Source: Eledone cirrhosa
Taxonomy: Eukaryota
NCBI GenBank assembly: GCA_964016885.1
Contig: OZ024760.1
Coordinates: 1,240,001-1,304,000 of the forward strand
Direction of reading: 5' to 3'
Length of the DNA stretch: 64,000 nucleotides
Position 1 is the first letter of the stretch. Each line of letters starts with the position of its first letter. This document shows positions 42,039 through 61,067 of the stretch, piece by piece. The notes under the pieces were generated by a model, which was not told the origin of the DNA, searched no databases, and was given only the letters and a program-made list of their open reading frames with translations. Made by a program: the position numbers and the translations under genes.

Positions 42039-42116
42039 TCTATATATATCTATATATCTATAGGGGAAATGTCTATCTCTTATTTGTGTTCCCTTAACTT
42101 TCAATCCATATATATA

Positions 42117-42211
<95 letters not shown>

Positions 42212-42679
42212 TAATGTATGTATATATATATGTATATATATATATTTATTATAAAGAGAGTTTTTTTTTTACAAAATGAAAAATAACCGAGGTGTCCTAC
42301 ACGAGTGAAAGTATAAAGAAAAAAAGATGAAATCGAAAATGCAAATGTAGTCTTATTTTAAAAAAAATATATTTATTTGGTTTCTTTACCGGTTTCGCAG
42401 TTCTTCTGCTTTTCAAAAGTAGAGTTGAGATGGAGGGTTTGTGGTTTTTCTCCATATAAACACACACATACACAATGTGTGTGTGTGTAATCTCTGTGGG
42501 GTACATGGATGAAACCGAGAAAGCAAGGACACCCCAATGATAGGATCTTGTATGCCGCTGTCACCATCTATCATTGGGGTTCTATGTTGGGTTTCGGTGT
42601 CGATCACGAGACCCTGTTAATTTCATCAGCAGGCTGAAATACAGGACCTTACATTCACTGAAATCCAGGACCTGCAGGA

Positions 42680-44715
42680 GTCATGTAGCTAGTGGTGCTG
42701 GTGGTGCTGGTGGTGGTGTGTTATATTTGACCAAACAACTGAGGCAGTGTTCATCGTTGCTACCGATGGAGGGCAAACGCATTTAGCTATGGGTGGTGGT
42801 GGTGGTATGTTACATTTGATCCAACAACCGAAACAGTAGTCGTCGTTGCTAGTGACGGAGTTCAGTCACGTAGTTATTGGTGGAGGTGGTGATGGTGTGT
42901 TCATTGATCAACCATCTGAAGCAACAGTAGTCGTCGTCGCAATCGGCGGAGGTCAGTCCTGTAGCTATGGTGGTGGTGGTGGTGGTGGTCGTGGTGCTTT
43001 GTTACATTGGTTAAACAATTAAAGCAGTAGTCATCGTCGCAACCGACGGAGGCCAAAGTCATGTAGCTGTGGTGGTGGTTGTGGTGGTAGAAATGGTGGT
43101 GGTGGTAAAAATGATGATGGTGGTGGCGGTGGTGGTTGTGGTGGTATTCATGATAGTCATGGTGGTGGTTGTGGTGGTGGCGGTGGTGGTTGTGGTGGTA
43201 GAAATGATGGTGGTGGTTGTGGTTTTAGAAATGATGATGGTGGTGGCGGTGGTGGTTGTGGTGGTATTCATGATAGTCATGGTGGTGGTTGTGGTGGTGG
43301 CGGTGGTGGTTGTGGTGGTAGAAATGATGGTGGTGGTGGCGCTGGTGGTTGTGGTTGTAGAAATGATGGTGGTGGTGGTTGTGGTTGTAGAAATGATGGT
43401 GGTGGTGGCGGTGGTGGTTGTGGTGGTGGTGGTGGTTGTGGTTGTAGAAATGATGATGGTGGTGGCGGTGGTGGTTGTGGTTGTGGTTGTAGAAATGATG
43501 GTGGTGGTGGTGGTGGTGGTTGTGGTTGTGGTGGTAGAAATGATGGTGGTGGTTGTGGTGGTAGAAATGATGGTGGTGGTGGCGGTTGTGGTGGTAGAAA
43601 TGATGGTGGTGGTGGCGGTGGTAGTTGTGGTGGTAGAAATGATGGTGGCGGTGGTGGTGGTTGTGGTTGTAGAAATGATGGTGGTGGTGGTGGTGGTGGT
43701 GGTGGTTGTGGTTGTAGAAATGATGGTGGTGGTTGTGGTGGTAGAAATGATGATGGTGGTGGCGGTGGTGGTTGTGGTGGTAGAAATGATGGTTGTGGTT
43801 GTAGAAATGATGGTGGTGGTGGCGGTGGTGGTGGTTGTGGTTGTAGAAATGATGATGGTGGTGGCGGTGGTGGTTGTGGTTGTAGAAATGATGGTGGTGG
43901 TGGTGGTGGTTGTGGTTGTGGTGGTAGAAATGATGGTGGTGGTGGCGGTGGTGGTTGTGGTGGTAGAAATGATGGTGGTGGTGGCGGTTGTGGTGGTAGA
44001 AATGATGATGGTGGTGGCGGTGGTAGTTGTGGTGGTAGAAATGATGGTGGCGGTGGTGCTGGTTGTGGTTGTAGAAATGATGGTGGTTGTGGTGGTGGCG
44101 GTGGTAGAAATGATGGTGGTGGTGGTGGTTGTGGTGGTAGAAATGATGGTGGTGGTGGTGGTTGTGGTGGTAGAAATGATGATGGCGGTGGCGGTGGTTG
44201 TTGTGGTGGTAGAAATGATGGTGGCGGTGGTGGTGGTTGTGGTTGTAGAAATGATGGTGGTGGTGGTTGTGGTGGTAGAAATGATGGTGGTGGTGGTGGT
44301 GGTGGTTGTGGTTGTAGAAATGATGGTGGTGGTGGTGGTTGTGGTGGTAGAAATGATGGTGGTGGTGGTGGTTGTGGTTGTAGAAATGATGGTGGTGGTG
44401 GTGGTTGTGGTGGTAGAAATGATGGTGGTGGTGGTGGTTGTGGTGGTAGAAATGATGGCGGTGGTGGCGGTGGTGGTGGCGGTGGTAGAAATGATGGTGG
44501 TGGTGGCGGTGGTGGTGGCGGTGGTAGAAATGATGGTGGTGGTGGCGGTGGTGGTGGCGGTGGTAGAAATGATGGTGGTGGTGGCGGTGGTGGTTTGTTA
44601 CATTTGATCAAACATCTGAATTGGTAGTTGTCGTCGTCGCACCCGACGGAGGTTAAAGTCATGTAGCTATGGGTGGCTGTGGTAGCTATGGTGGTGGCTG
44701 TGGTGGTGGTGTTGG
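42680..44715. repeat. About 95-bp degenerate tandem array, one unit holding a 1.5-kb (GTG)n/GTAGAAATGATG expansion
   Basis: CATGTAGCT-like unit starts at about 42682, 42780, 42867, 42958, 43060 and 44660. Confidence 0.85.
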
Positions 44716-45025
44716 TATGTTGCAGGTGTTTCCAGCAGGGTGGTGTAGGCAGGTATGTAATGGAGAAGTCAGGCCGATGTAATTACATACCTGATATCTA
44801 GGCTGAGGGTGTGTGCTCGTCCAGTTGGTCTTGCAGGCTTCTCCATTCTATTGTGTTTACAATGCTGACTTCCTTCTGGTACAGTGTTTGTACGTGTGTG
44901 CGCGCGAGCGTGTGTGTATTATGTTTTTGAATGTGTGTATGTATGTATGTATGTATGTATGTATGTATGTATGTATGTATGTATGTATGTATGTATTTAT
45001 ATATATGTATGTATATACATATATG

Positions 45026-45067
<42 letters not shown>

Positions 45068-45081
45068 TATATGTATATGTA

Positions 45082-45112
<31 letters not shown>

Positions 45113-45190
45113 ATGTATGTATGTATGTATGTATGTATGTATTTATATGTATGTATGTATTTATATATATGTAATTATATACATATATGT

Positions 45191-45221
<31 letters not shown>

Positions 45222-45296
45222 TGCATATATGTATATATGTATATGTATGTATGTATGTGTGTGTGTATGTATGTATGTATGTATGTGTATATATCT

Positions 45297-45709
45297 CCGG
45301 GAGAGATGACCCCTTAGCCTTTGTCAAGGCAGAATTCTAGGAGAAGGAAAACTCTGATATAACACCTGCAACCCTGATGGTATCCAATGATGTTGACTTG
45401 TCTTCTTTTTGGTAAATATCATCTTGGTTAAGAGAGTGGGACTGGCTTTGTGCAGTGCCTTTGCTCACTATAAAAGCTTCACAGCACAGGCATTGCTTTA
45501 TATCTGGAGATCTCTCTGCACCTGTCGTCACATGGTACCATGGGCCCAACACTATGTGTCAGTAATTGTCACAAGTGTAGTGTTTGTACCAGAGTTTTCA
45601 AGTCGCTGGCTGGACTAAAAAGTCACACTTGTTCAGCGCATCGGTAGGGGTTCTCCTACATGGATATAAAGTAGTGGCCGTACTCGAAAACGAGTTGGCA
45701 GCCACCATG
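45297..45709 (+). mobile_element. Bipartite RTE-derived element
   Basis: Reverse complement of 37653-38065; (TATG) tail merges into a TA tract. Confidence 0.8.
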
Positions 45710-47981
<2,272 letters not shown>

Positions 47982-48584
47982 CCCACAAACAAAGGCTCAC
48001 ATTTATACGCATCTATCTATATATATGTATGTATATTAATATATATATGTGTACGCGTATGTTTGTGTGTGTAATGTAAGTGTATGGGGGTGTGTGTGTG
48101 TATATATGTGTGTGTGTATATATATGTGTGTGTGTGTATATATATATGTGTGTGCGTGTGTGTGTGTGTGTATAAATGAAAAGTATAGAGATAGATATGT
48201 GTGTGTGTAATGTAAGTGTATGTGTGTGTGTGTGTATATATATATGTGTGTGTATATATATGTGTGTGTGTGTGTATAAATGAAAAGTATAGATATAGAG
48301 ATAGATATGTGTGTGTGTAATCAAGAAGAAAACCTAATAACACAACTTGTATCATATTAGTAAACTCATTTGGAGTTAACATTTAATATAAGCGAATAGG
48401 TTAGCAGTAATTAAATTAGCTAATCAAAAAATGTCAATTATGTGGTGAGGAAAAGACAACATTAGTTTATCTAGCCCCTCTTGTTTACTTTTTTTCTTTG
48501 TTATTTTTGTTTTTCTTCTTATTAATTATATATCTTGTCTTATCTACCTGTCTCGAAATTTATATTAATGTTCTTATTCTGATA

Positions 48585-48772
48585 TAACTGTTTCTACTTT
48601 TTGGCACAAGGCCAGCAAATACCCAGTGCATTACTGGTACTTTATTTTATCGACCCCGTAAGGATGAAAGGCAAAGTTAACCGCGGCGAGATTTGAACTC
48701 AGAATGGCAAGGGCCGTAACTCTATACGTCAAAGCATGGCGTCCGACCCTCTACCGATACTGCCAATCCACC
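48585..48772 (-). mobile_element. Full-length tRNA-derived SINE (family 1)
   Basis: A box, B box and central domain present. Confidence 0.9.
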
Positions 48773-48804
48773 AACGACAATTAATTAGACACACACACGC
48801 GCGC

Positions 48805-48900
<96 letters not shown>

Positions 48901-48902
<2 letters not shown>

Positions 48903-49182
48903 AGGTAAGGAAAAATTCCCGAGATCCAAGAACAGGTTCTCTCCAGCAGTCTCTGGCCTTCATTACCACCGCTATGTCCCGCGTCTCCCAGAGACCCGTG
49001 CCCTGTCCTTAGGACATCAATATATGTCACCCTAGGTCTCCTCCCTCTTCCAGTGTGTCTGTGTAGGGGCTCACACGGCGCCACTGAGTGCAGTGTCAAC
49101 TCTGCGTGACGGTGAGATTGTCCAGCTAACGTTAGTCTCCTCTGTGTCATTTTTGGAGACACCCATATAGCTCTGAGTTCTT
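48901..49182 (-). pseudogene. Decayed RTE-clade LINE C-terminal fragment
   Basis: RRLTLAGQSHRHAEL...EPLH...GRGRRPRVTYIDVL resembles the RTE RRL.LAGH..R / GRP..TYID.L motifs. Confidence 0.65.
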
Positions 49183-49196
49183 CATATGTGTGTGTC

Positions 49197-49255
<59 letters not shown>

Positions 49256-49852
49256 GTGTTGAAGTTTCCGTGGGAAAAGTAAAAGGAATGAAGAGTGCTC
49301 TATGTAAGTGACAGAGCTAAATATGTAATATATAATAAACAACACAGTATAATTACCCCATTACCCGAGGTAATTATACTGTGTTGTTTATTATACATTA
49401 AATATATATAGATATATATGAAAAGATTCAAGACCCCGACGGCTGAGCTCCGGCCGTTTCGACAGCTAGGGGTACAATCGACACACACAAATATATATAT
49501 ATATATATATATAACGAAGGAAATGTGGTAAGGAACCAGGTGGACCATAACGCACCAAAGTACTCAATACTTAGGGTAGTAGAGTGGGTAATAGGACCGA
49601 GGTCCTACTCGTTCCTATATATATATATTATTATTATTACTATTATTACTGTCAAAGTAAACATATGTCTTGTCTCTAAAAACAGCTCAAGATAGAATTC
49701 AGAGAATAAAATCGAGCCTTAATCATTATAAGTGATTGAAATATATTCCTACACATAAGTGTGCACTAAGACATATCACAGAATATGATACAAAATCAAA
49801 CATATGTCTATGTCTTAGTGCACATTTATCTGTGTATGAATATATTTCAATC

Positions 49853-49904
<52 letters not shown>

Positions 49905-49907
<3 letters not shown>

Positions 49908-50443
49908 GGTTTGAGGTTCACCACTGTATAGAGCTGGTCTATTCCGTATGGTCAATCGTAATGCAATAATATAGAGAGTACTCAACGTAAAGCAGTTCAA
50001 CCGTCTTTGTTTTTGTAGTTGGTGGTGCTATTACGGAGTTAAATATTATAATGAAATGACAGGAGGCTGGATTTGTGTAAATCATTGAAAGGTTTATTAT
50101 ACTATGATCATTTCAATGACCGGGTTCCGTATGAATCCGGTGATATCATCAGGTATTCGAAATATAATACGTGAATGTAATAGGTAAAATCCATGGGGCT
50201 GAAAATCGAGACCCGAGGGCGACCGCTATTCTGTTCCTTCAACCTCAGCCGGTCGCGCCAGGGTGACCGGCTGAGGTTGAAGGAACAGAATAGCGGTCGC
50301 TCTCGGGTCTCGATTTTTACCTATTATATTTCGAATACCTGATGATATCACTGGATTCATAGGGAACCCGGTCATTGAAATGATCATAGTATAATAAACC
50401 TTTCAAGGATTTACACAAATCCAGCCTCCTGTCATTTCATTAT
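49905..50443. mobile_element. Family F fold-back element, about 180-205-bp arms
   Basis: Arms 50048-50254 and 50265-50443; the right arm lacks two internal segments. Confidence 0.8.
50335..50392 (+). ncRNA. Type I hammerhead motif, family F (mirror copy about 50099-50156, minus)
   Basis: Stem I AUAC/GUAU; CUGAUGA 50339-50345; imperfect long stem II; GAAA at 50377; palindromic stem III AUGAUCAU; AUA triplet. Confidence 0.65.
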
Positions 50444-50639
50444 TATATATATATATTTCTATATATAATGTTGATCCTGGGTTCAATCGGGAGTAACCAC
50501 AGAAAGTAAGGTACTCAATACATAGCAGAGTATAAATGTTTATTATAGAAATGGCTTCTACAGGACTAGAACTGTTTCATTCGGGAGAAATCATCAGATT
50601 TCTACCGAATGAAACAATTCTAGTCTTGGAGAAGCCATT

Positions 50640-50698
<59 letters not shown>

Positions 50699-50699
50699 G

Positions 50700-51235
50700 C
50701 ATACATGTGTATATATCTATATAAATACACACACATACATATATATATGTTCATGTGTATATATCTATATAAATACACCCACACAAACATATATATATAT
50801 GTACATATATATATATCTATATAAATACACACACATACATATATATATATGTACATGTGTATATATCTATATAAATACACACACATACATATATATATGT
50901 ACATGTGTATATATCTATATAAATACACACACATACATATATATATATGTACATGTGTATATATCTATATAAATACACCCACACAAACATATATATATAT
51001 GTACATGTGTATATATCTGTATATATACACCCACACGTACATATATATATATGTGTATATATCTATATAAATACACCCACACATACATATATATATATGT
51101 GTATATATATAAATACACCCACACATACATATATATATATGTACATGTATATATATCTATATAAATACACCCACACAAACATATATATATATGTACATGT
51201 GTATATATCTATATAAATACACCCACACATATATA
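50700..51235. repeat. Compound minisatellite, about 48-52-bp unit
   Basis: GTACATGTGTATATATCTATATAAATACAC repeated about 10 times. Confidence 0.85.
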
Positions 51236-51365
51236 TATAGTTATATAATGTTGTGTATTCCAAAATGGCTGAACACACACGGGTTTTTTCTCTCAAAAAG
51301 TTGAATTCCGTTTCTTCCTTTGCTCACTCTAGTAAACATTTAACTGATCCTTATATCTCATTCTA

Positions 51366-51401
51366 TCTTCTGATGAAAGACTAATGTCCGAAACGTTAAG
51401 A
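51366..51401 (+). ncRNA. Minimal hammerhead with loop-less stem III
   Basis: UCUU-CUGAUGA-AAGAC UAAU GUCC-GAAACGUU-AAGA. Confidence 0.65.
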
Positions 51402-51435
51402 CTCTTTACCTACTATATCAAGTGTAAAACTAATA

Positions 51436-51473
<38 letters not shown>

Positions 51474-51525
51474 GTATGTATGTATTTATTTATATATGTA
51501 TGTATGTGTATATATATATATGTAT

Positions 51526-51826
51526 TTATAGGTTTAGGAATAACCAAAGAGTGCTTAGAAATACATTGTTTTATTAGCTGACAGTGTTTCTTCCGTACCC
51601 TAAGGCAGGAATCATCAGAGCCTATAAACAAGAGTATATCAATAGTTGCATGCTCCATCAAGCTGCGTCACCAGAACAAGGTCACGCAGCTTGATGGAGC
51701 ATGCAACTATTGATATACTCTTGTTTATAGGCTCTGATGATTCCTGCCTTAGGGTACGGAAGAAACACTGTCAGCTAATAAAACAATGTATTTCTAAGCA
51801 CTCTTTGGTTATTCCTAAACCTATAA
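51526..51826. mobile_element. Family G fold-back element, about 143-bp arms
   Basis: 51526-51668 is the reverse complement of 51684-51826; no mismatch seen by eye. Confidence 0.85.
51730..51776 (+). ncRNA. Type I hammerhead motif, family G (mirror copy 51576-51622, minus)
   Basis: Stem I GGCU/AGCU; CUGAUGA 51734-51740; stem II UUCC..GGAA; GAAAC-ACU-GUC. Confidence 0.8.
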
Positions 51827-52079
51827 CGGCTCCGTAGTATACCAGTTATCCTACATTGAGTTAAAACCACACAGTCATACCAAGGGCAATATATCTGCGT
51901 GTCTGAGCACATTGATCTATTTGTCAACGAAACTATATGTATTTATATATATAAATGAAATATAGAAATTATTGTGAGCAAGAAGCCAACAGTATTTCAT
52001 AATATATGTGACTATAACGTGAAAATGGAAAATAATTAACGTAAGATATGGGAAAATAATTCAAACTCAATTAAAAAAT

Positions 52080-53260
<1,181 letters not shown>

Positions 53261-54150
53261 ACTTTGAATAACTTTGAAATGTTTTGGCCAGTATTGGCCC
53301 AGGCCATGTCTAACTTAATAGCACCACCTGGCGAAGTCTTTCAATTCAGGATTTGGGCACCATGGCCCATTCGAGAAGAGAATTACTGTTTGCGGAGACA
53401 TATCCGGGTGTGGGTGGTTTGTCCGGGATTACTTGGAGGAATTTGTCCAAAGACTTCTTGAATTTTGTCTGGTCAGTTTCTGTTTTGACGTGTCCTGGTG
53501 TGATGTTGAAGAGAGCAGGGCCGATTGAGGTAAAATAATTGTGCCGTATTGTTGTTATGAGTTGCGATTTAGATTTTTGAATGGGACGGATAGCACGGGG
53601 CCCAAGCCTTGGGTGTATCTTGAAGGCGATGCCAACATCATTTGGGCAGTGATGATGGAACATTTTCCACATCATGCAGATAATATAACGCTCACGGCGA
53701 CGTTGGAGTGAGTAAAGTTTCAGGTTTTCTAATCGACCCCAGTAGTCAAGGTCTGACATGCCATCTATCTTTTTCGTGATTGCCCTTTGAGGAGCTTCAA
53801 GTTTCATGATACTTTGTTTCGTGTGGGGAGACCACAGTGGACAACAGTATTCAAGGTGTGGTCGGGCAAAAGTAGAGAAGAGAAGGATAATGGTGCGGGA
53901 ATCTCTCGACTGGAAGGTTCTGAGGATCCAGGAACACATTCTGCGGGCCATGTCAACTTTGCTGCTTATATGCGTGGTCCAGCTTATGTTGCTGTCCACG
54001 GTTACTCCCAAGTCTCTGATGTTGTTAGATGCCACGAGAGTTTCCCCGGAGGGAAGGGAGTACGGGAGTTTCAGAGCATCCTCTTTTCCAAAGTGGATCA
54101 GTTCGAATTTGTCTTCGTTCAGTAACATGTTGTTCTTTTCTGCCCATTGG
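53261..54150 (-). mobile_element. 5'-truncated CR1-type LINE; ORF2 C-terminal 267 aa uninterrupted (53346-54149)
   Basis: [32 protein letters not shown] and FKKSLDKFL motifs; short repeated tail TTCAAAGTTA; TA tracts on both sides. Confidence 0.9.
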
Positions 54151-57245
<3,095 letters not shown>

Positions 57246-57535
57246 CTTCATTGTACTGTATTATTTTCTTGCTTTTTCCGTTTACTTTTCCCACACACAC
57301 ACGCACGCAATCGTTATCTCTATTAATCTGTTACATAAAAAAATGTTTATCCAACTGACATACATATATATACACGTATGAATGATTATATATATATATA
57401 CATATATTTATAGGTGTATGTGTGCATATATACATATATTTATACATATATACATGTGTGACTATATATATATGTATATATATCTACATGTAGACATATA
57501 TATATTATACATATATACGTCTATATGTCTACCGT

Positions 57536-57592
<57 letters not shown>

Positions 57593-57751
57593 TGTATATA
57601 TACAGCCTGACATATGTATTAATTTATCATACATGTCATATAGCTCGTAAGTCTGTCAATGTTGAGAATATATAACGTTTTAAGTACTACCTTACTTGTG
57701 AGAAAAATCAAAGAGTGTGTATTTGGAATCTCTGTGTGTGCGCGCGTTTGT

Positions 57752-57883
<132 letters not shown>

Positions 57884-58492
57884 GTGTGTGTGTGTGTCTG
57901 TGTTTCTCTATATGTGTATGTGTGTCTGTCTGTATAGTTGTGCGTTTGCATATGAGTGTCTAATGTTTTGTGGTGTGGGTATTTGTATGTGTGTATGTAT
58001 GTATGTAAGTGTGCCCATCTGTTTGTGTGTGTATCCATTCCTGTGTGTGTGTGTGTGTCCATCTGTGTGTGTGTATTCATGCCTGTGTGTGTGTGTGAGC
58101 ATGTATGTATATCTATGTATCTGTGTATGTAGATCTACATTATCTTTGTGTGTGTGTGTGTGCATTTGTATATCTATATATTCACCTCTGTGTGTGTGTG
58201 CATATCTATGTATCTGTATGTGTGGATATGTATACCTATTTTGCCTGTGTGTGTGTGTGTGGATATGCGTGTAGGTATATACTTACTTGTGTCACTCCCT
58301 CAATCCACCATTTTAAAAGGCCTGGGCTTGTCCCGTCTAACTGGGAAAAATCCTTACCTTTCCAATTCGTATAACATTTAAAGTTGTGATGACCATAGAG
58401 GGGATAGGAACTGAGAAATAGCAGCCAAATCACTCTCAAATCACATTCTATCATCTATAAAATGGAACTATTTACTGGATAACGGTGTGTGT

Positions 58493-58557
<65 letters not shown>

Positions 58558-58564
<7 letters not shown>

Positions 58565-59030
58565 TATCGAGAATCGGAATTTCGGCCCACGAAATAACGA
58601 AACACGATCTTCGAAATGTGTGGCAAAGGGCTCAATAGTTTGGATAAACCAGAGCTATAACTATCGTTTAAGTACCAACACACAGAGATAATGCTTAAAA
58701 TCACTCGCACAGCCGAAAAACGACCAAGAAAATTCGGGTCAGACAAATAATAAAATAAATGAATGAAAAATCTTTACCCGGACCCGCTAGAATGATGGTA
58801 AATTCCAGCTTTTTGGTTTCTGCTGTTCCTAAATGATGAACGAGGAAAACCACTTTCTCAACAGGCATTTCCTTCAAAAATACAGAAGAAACCGTTACTA
58901 AATCCACGTGGGGTTTAGCAAGGGAGGGAATCCCTATATTAGGCGAATGAATTCGGCAGTGTATATATTTGTAAAAATACAAAATATCACATATCGAATT
59001 AGAGTTCTCAACAGACGGGTTAAAATTATA
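58558..59030. mobile_element. Unclassified dispersed repeat; diverged second copy at about 60430-60890
   Basis: Collinear shared motifs ATGTGTGGCAA, AACCAGAGCTA, AAAACGACCAAG, TTTACCCGGA, CCACGTGGGG, GAATTC. Confidence 0.65.
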
Positions 59031-59532
59031 TATATATAATTGAGATAAGCGGAGCAAGCAAGTTTCAAACAATTTTTTAAAATAAATTAAAAAATGTAAT
59101 TTAAATATTTATCTATTCCAATTGCTTTTACCGACGGTTTCACTTCACAAAAGATTGGAGATCCCTAGGGACTTCCAATGGAAAAGATAAGATTTTCTAA
59201 AAGCATTTTCCTTTCCTAGGACAAAAAGTCCCAGGAACGGCAAAATATATTGTCATCTGCCAGCTAGCACAGGATCGAATGGGGCCGAAAATTTGACCTA
59301 GTAAACGTAGGCGTGTTGTCTATCTCGCCACTAAAAATAGCAGCTAAATAGAACAGATTTGTTCTTTGCATAACGGAGAATATTAAAATAAGTTAATATC
59401 CCCAGAGGTACTAAGTACCCCTGGAAATATATAGGGTGTCTATGATACAGTGGTTGTTCTATGGTATTAATTTGACATACCAGAACTATAAAATTGAGAT
59501 AAGCGGAGCAAGCTAGATTCAAACAATTTTTT

Positions 59533-59593
<61 letters not shown>

Positions 59594-59610
59594 GCTGTAA
59601 TTACCATAAC

Positions 59611-59701
59611 AGAAGTCCGACGAGCTTTTGATTCCAGAGTCAGGTCCGATCGATACAGATCCAACCTTGAGCTGATCAATGGCGAAACGCGCGTCACCCC
59701 T
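59611..59701 (+). ncRNA. Degenerate hammerhead with palindromic stem III
   Basis: CCGACGA-GC..UUGAU/AUCAA..GC-GAAACGCGCGUC; related 3' half at 9768-9803. Confidence 0.55.
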
Positions 59702-59739
59702 CAGTAAATGTAATGAAAATTTAACACCTCGTCCATAGG

Positions 59740-59923
59740 GGATTGGCAGTATCGGTAGTGGGTCGGACGTCATGCTTTGACGCATAGAGTTACGGCCCTT
59801 TCCATTCTGAGTTCAAATCCCGCCGAGGTCAACTTTGCCTTTCATCCTTACAGGGTCGATAAAATAAAGTATCAGTAATGTACTGGGTAATTGCTGGCCT
59901 TTTGCCAAAAGTAGAACAATTAT
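59740..59923 (+). mobile_element. Full-length tRNA-derived SINE (family 1)
   Basis: A box TGGCAGTATCGG, B box GAGTTCAAATCC. Confidence 0.9.
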
Positions 59924-60083
59924 TATAATATATATATATATATATATAAGGATTAAAATACTGGAGCGTGTTGGAGTTAAACACCCTCTTCGTATTATAG
60001 AAATGACAGTATGTAATTAAACAGAGCCGAAGAATTATGAAAGTAAAACAAAGAAGCCTTCAATACATCAAAAGTCTTTATAA

Positions 60084-60121
60084 GCCAACAATGTTTCGTC
60101 CTATTAAGGACTCATCAGGAC
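60084..60121 (-). ncRNA. Minimal hammerhead with perfect core
   Basis: GUC-CUGAUGA-GUCCU UAAU AGGAC-GAAAC AUU GUU-GGC. Confidence 0.75.
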
Positions 60122-60900
60122 AATTAAAACAATAAGAAGTATTATCGGCCAATACAAGCCGAAAACTCCGAAGAATATGGAGTGTACATACACTAAAGTA
60201 TTGCAAGATTATGGGTAAACATATATAATAAAAATCACTATATATATATATATATATATAGTAATAATAATAAATGTGACGACTAAAGTCGAAAGAGGGC
60301 TCGATAAGGATAAATATATATCAACTATATAGGAACCATAGAGCAAATATTTATTAAAATAACAGATTAAAGTTTAAGCAATGAATCGCTGCTTTCAGCC
60401 TTTATAATATATATATATATATATATAAATAAAAATTAACGAGAATCCTATTTCGGCTTAGGAATTAACGAAAAACAACTTCCGAGATGTGTGGCAAGCG
60501 CTCAATGATTCAGATGAACCAGAGCTACAACATACGTTAAAGGCCAAACACACTGAGACGATGGTTAAACAATCATCCGCACAACCCTAAAAACGACCAA
60601 GTAATTCGGATCAACAAATAAAAATATATGTGATTGAAAATTTACCCGGATCCCTGGATGGTTGGTAAAATCCAGCATTTTGTTTTCTGCGACTCCTAAA
60701 TCAAGTACTGTCCGCTTGCATATATAATGTTAGGCTTCTGGTAAGAACAAGGAAGCCACTTTTTCAACAGGTTTTAGTTCGAGTGCTAATTTAAGGAATG
60801 ACCGTTACCGACCCCACGTGGGGCTCGGAAAGGGAGGCAACCCTTATTCTAGGCGGATGAATTCAGTATGCGTTATTATTGCAAGAATGCAAATATATAT

Positions 60901-61067
60901 TATAAAGAGTCAGGAGCCCAGCAGTTGAGCTGTTGCCGTTTCAACAACTAGTTGCAGACTCTGGAACTATCTGTTGAAGCGGCAAGAGCTCAGTCGGCTC
61001 TTTATAATATAGCTATACTCTACTACTCCAAGTATTGAGTACTCTGTTGAGTAATGGTTTAACCAGG
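60901..61067. mobile_element. Diverged family B fold-back fragment
   Basis: GAGCTGTTGCCGTTTCAACA / TGTTGAAGCGGCAAGAGCTC; AAGTATTGAGTACTC. Confidence 0.6.

Noticed and set aside
42575-42630. Minus-strand CUGAUGA...GAAAC hammerhead
   Set aside because: Stem II does not abut the core and stems I and III do not form; a nearby 13-bp hairpin (42531-42580) is unexplained
51646-51837. Identical peptides on opposite strands (MEHATIDILL...)
   Set aside because: A consequence of the palindrome, not a gene pair
59740-59825. tRNA gene
   Set aside because: A and B boxes belong to a multi-copy SINE head; no proper cloverleaf
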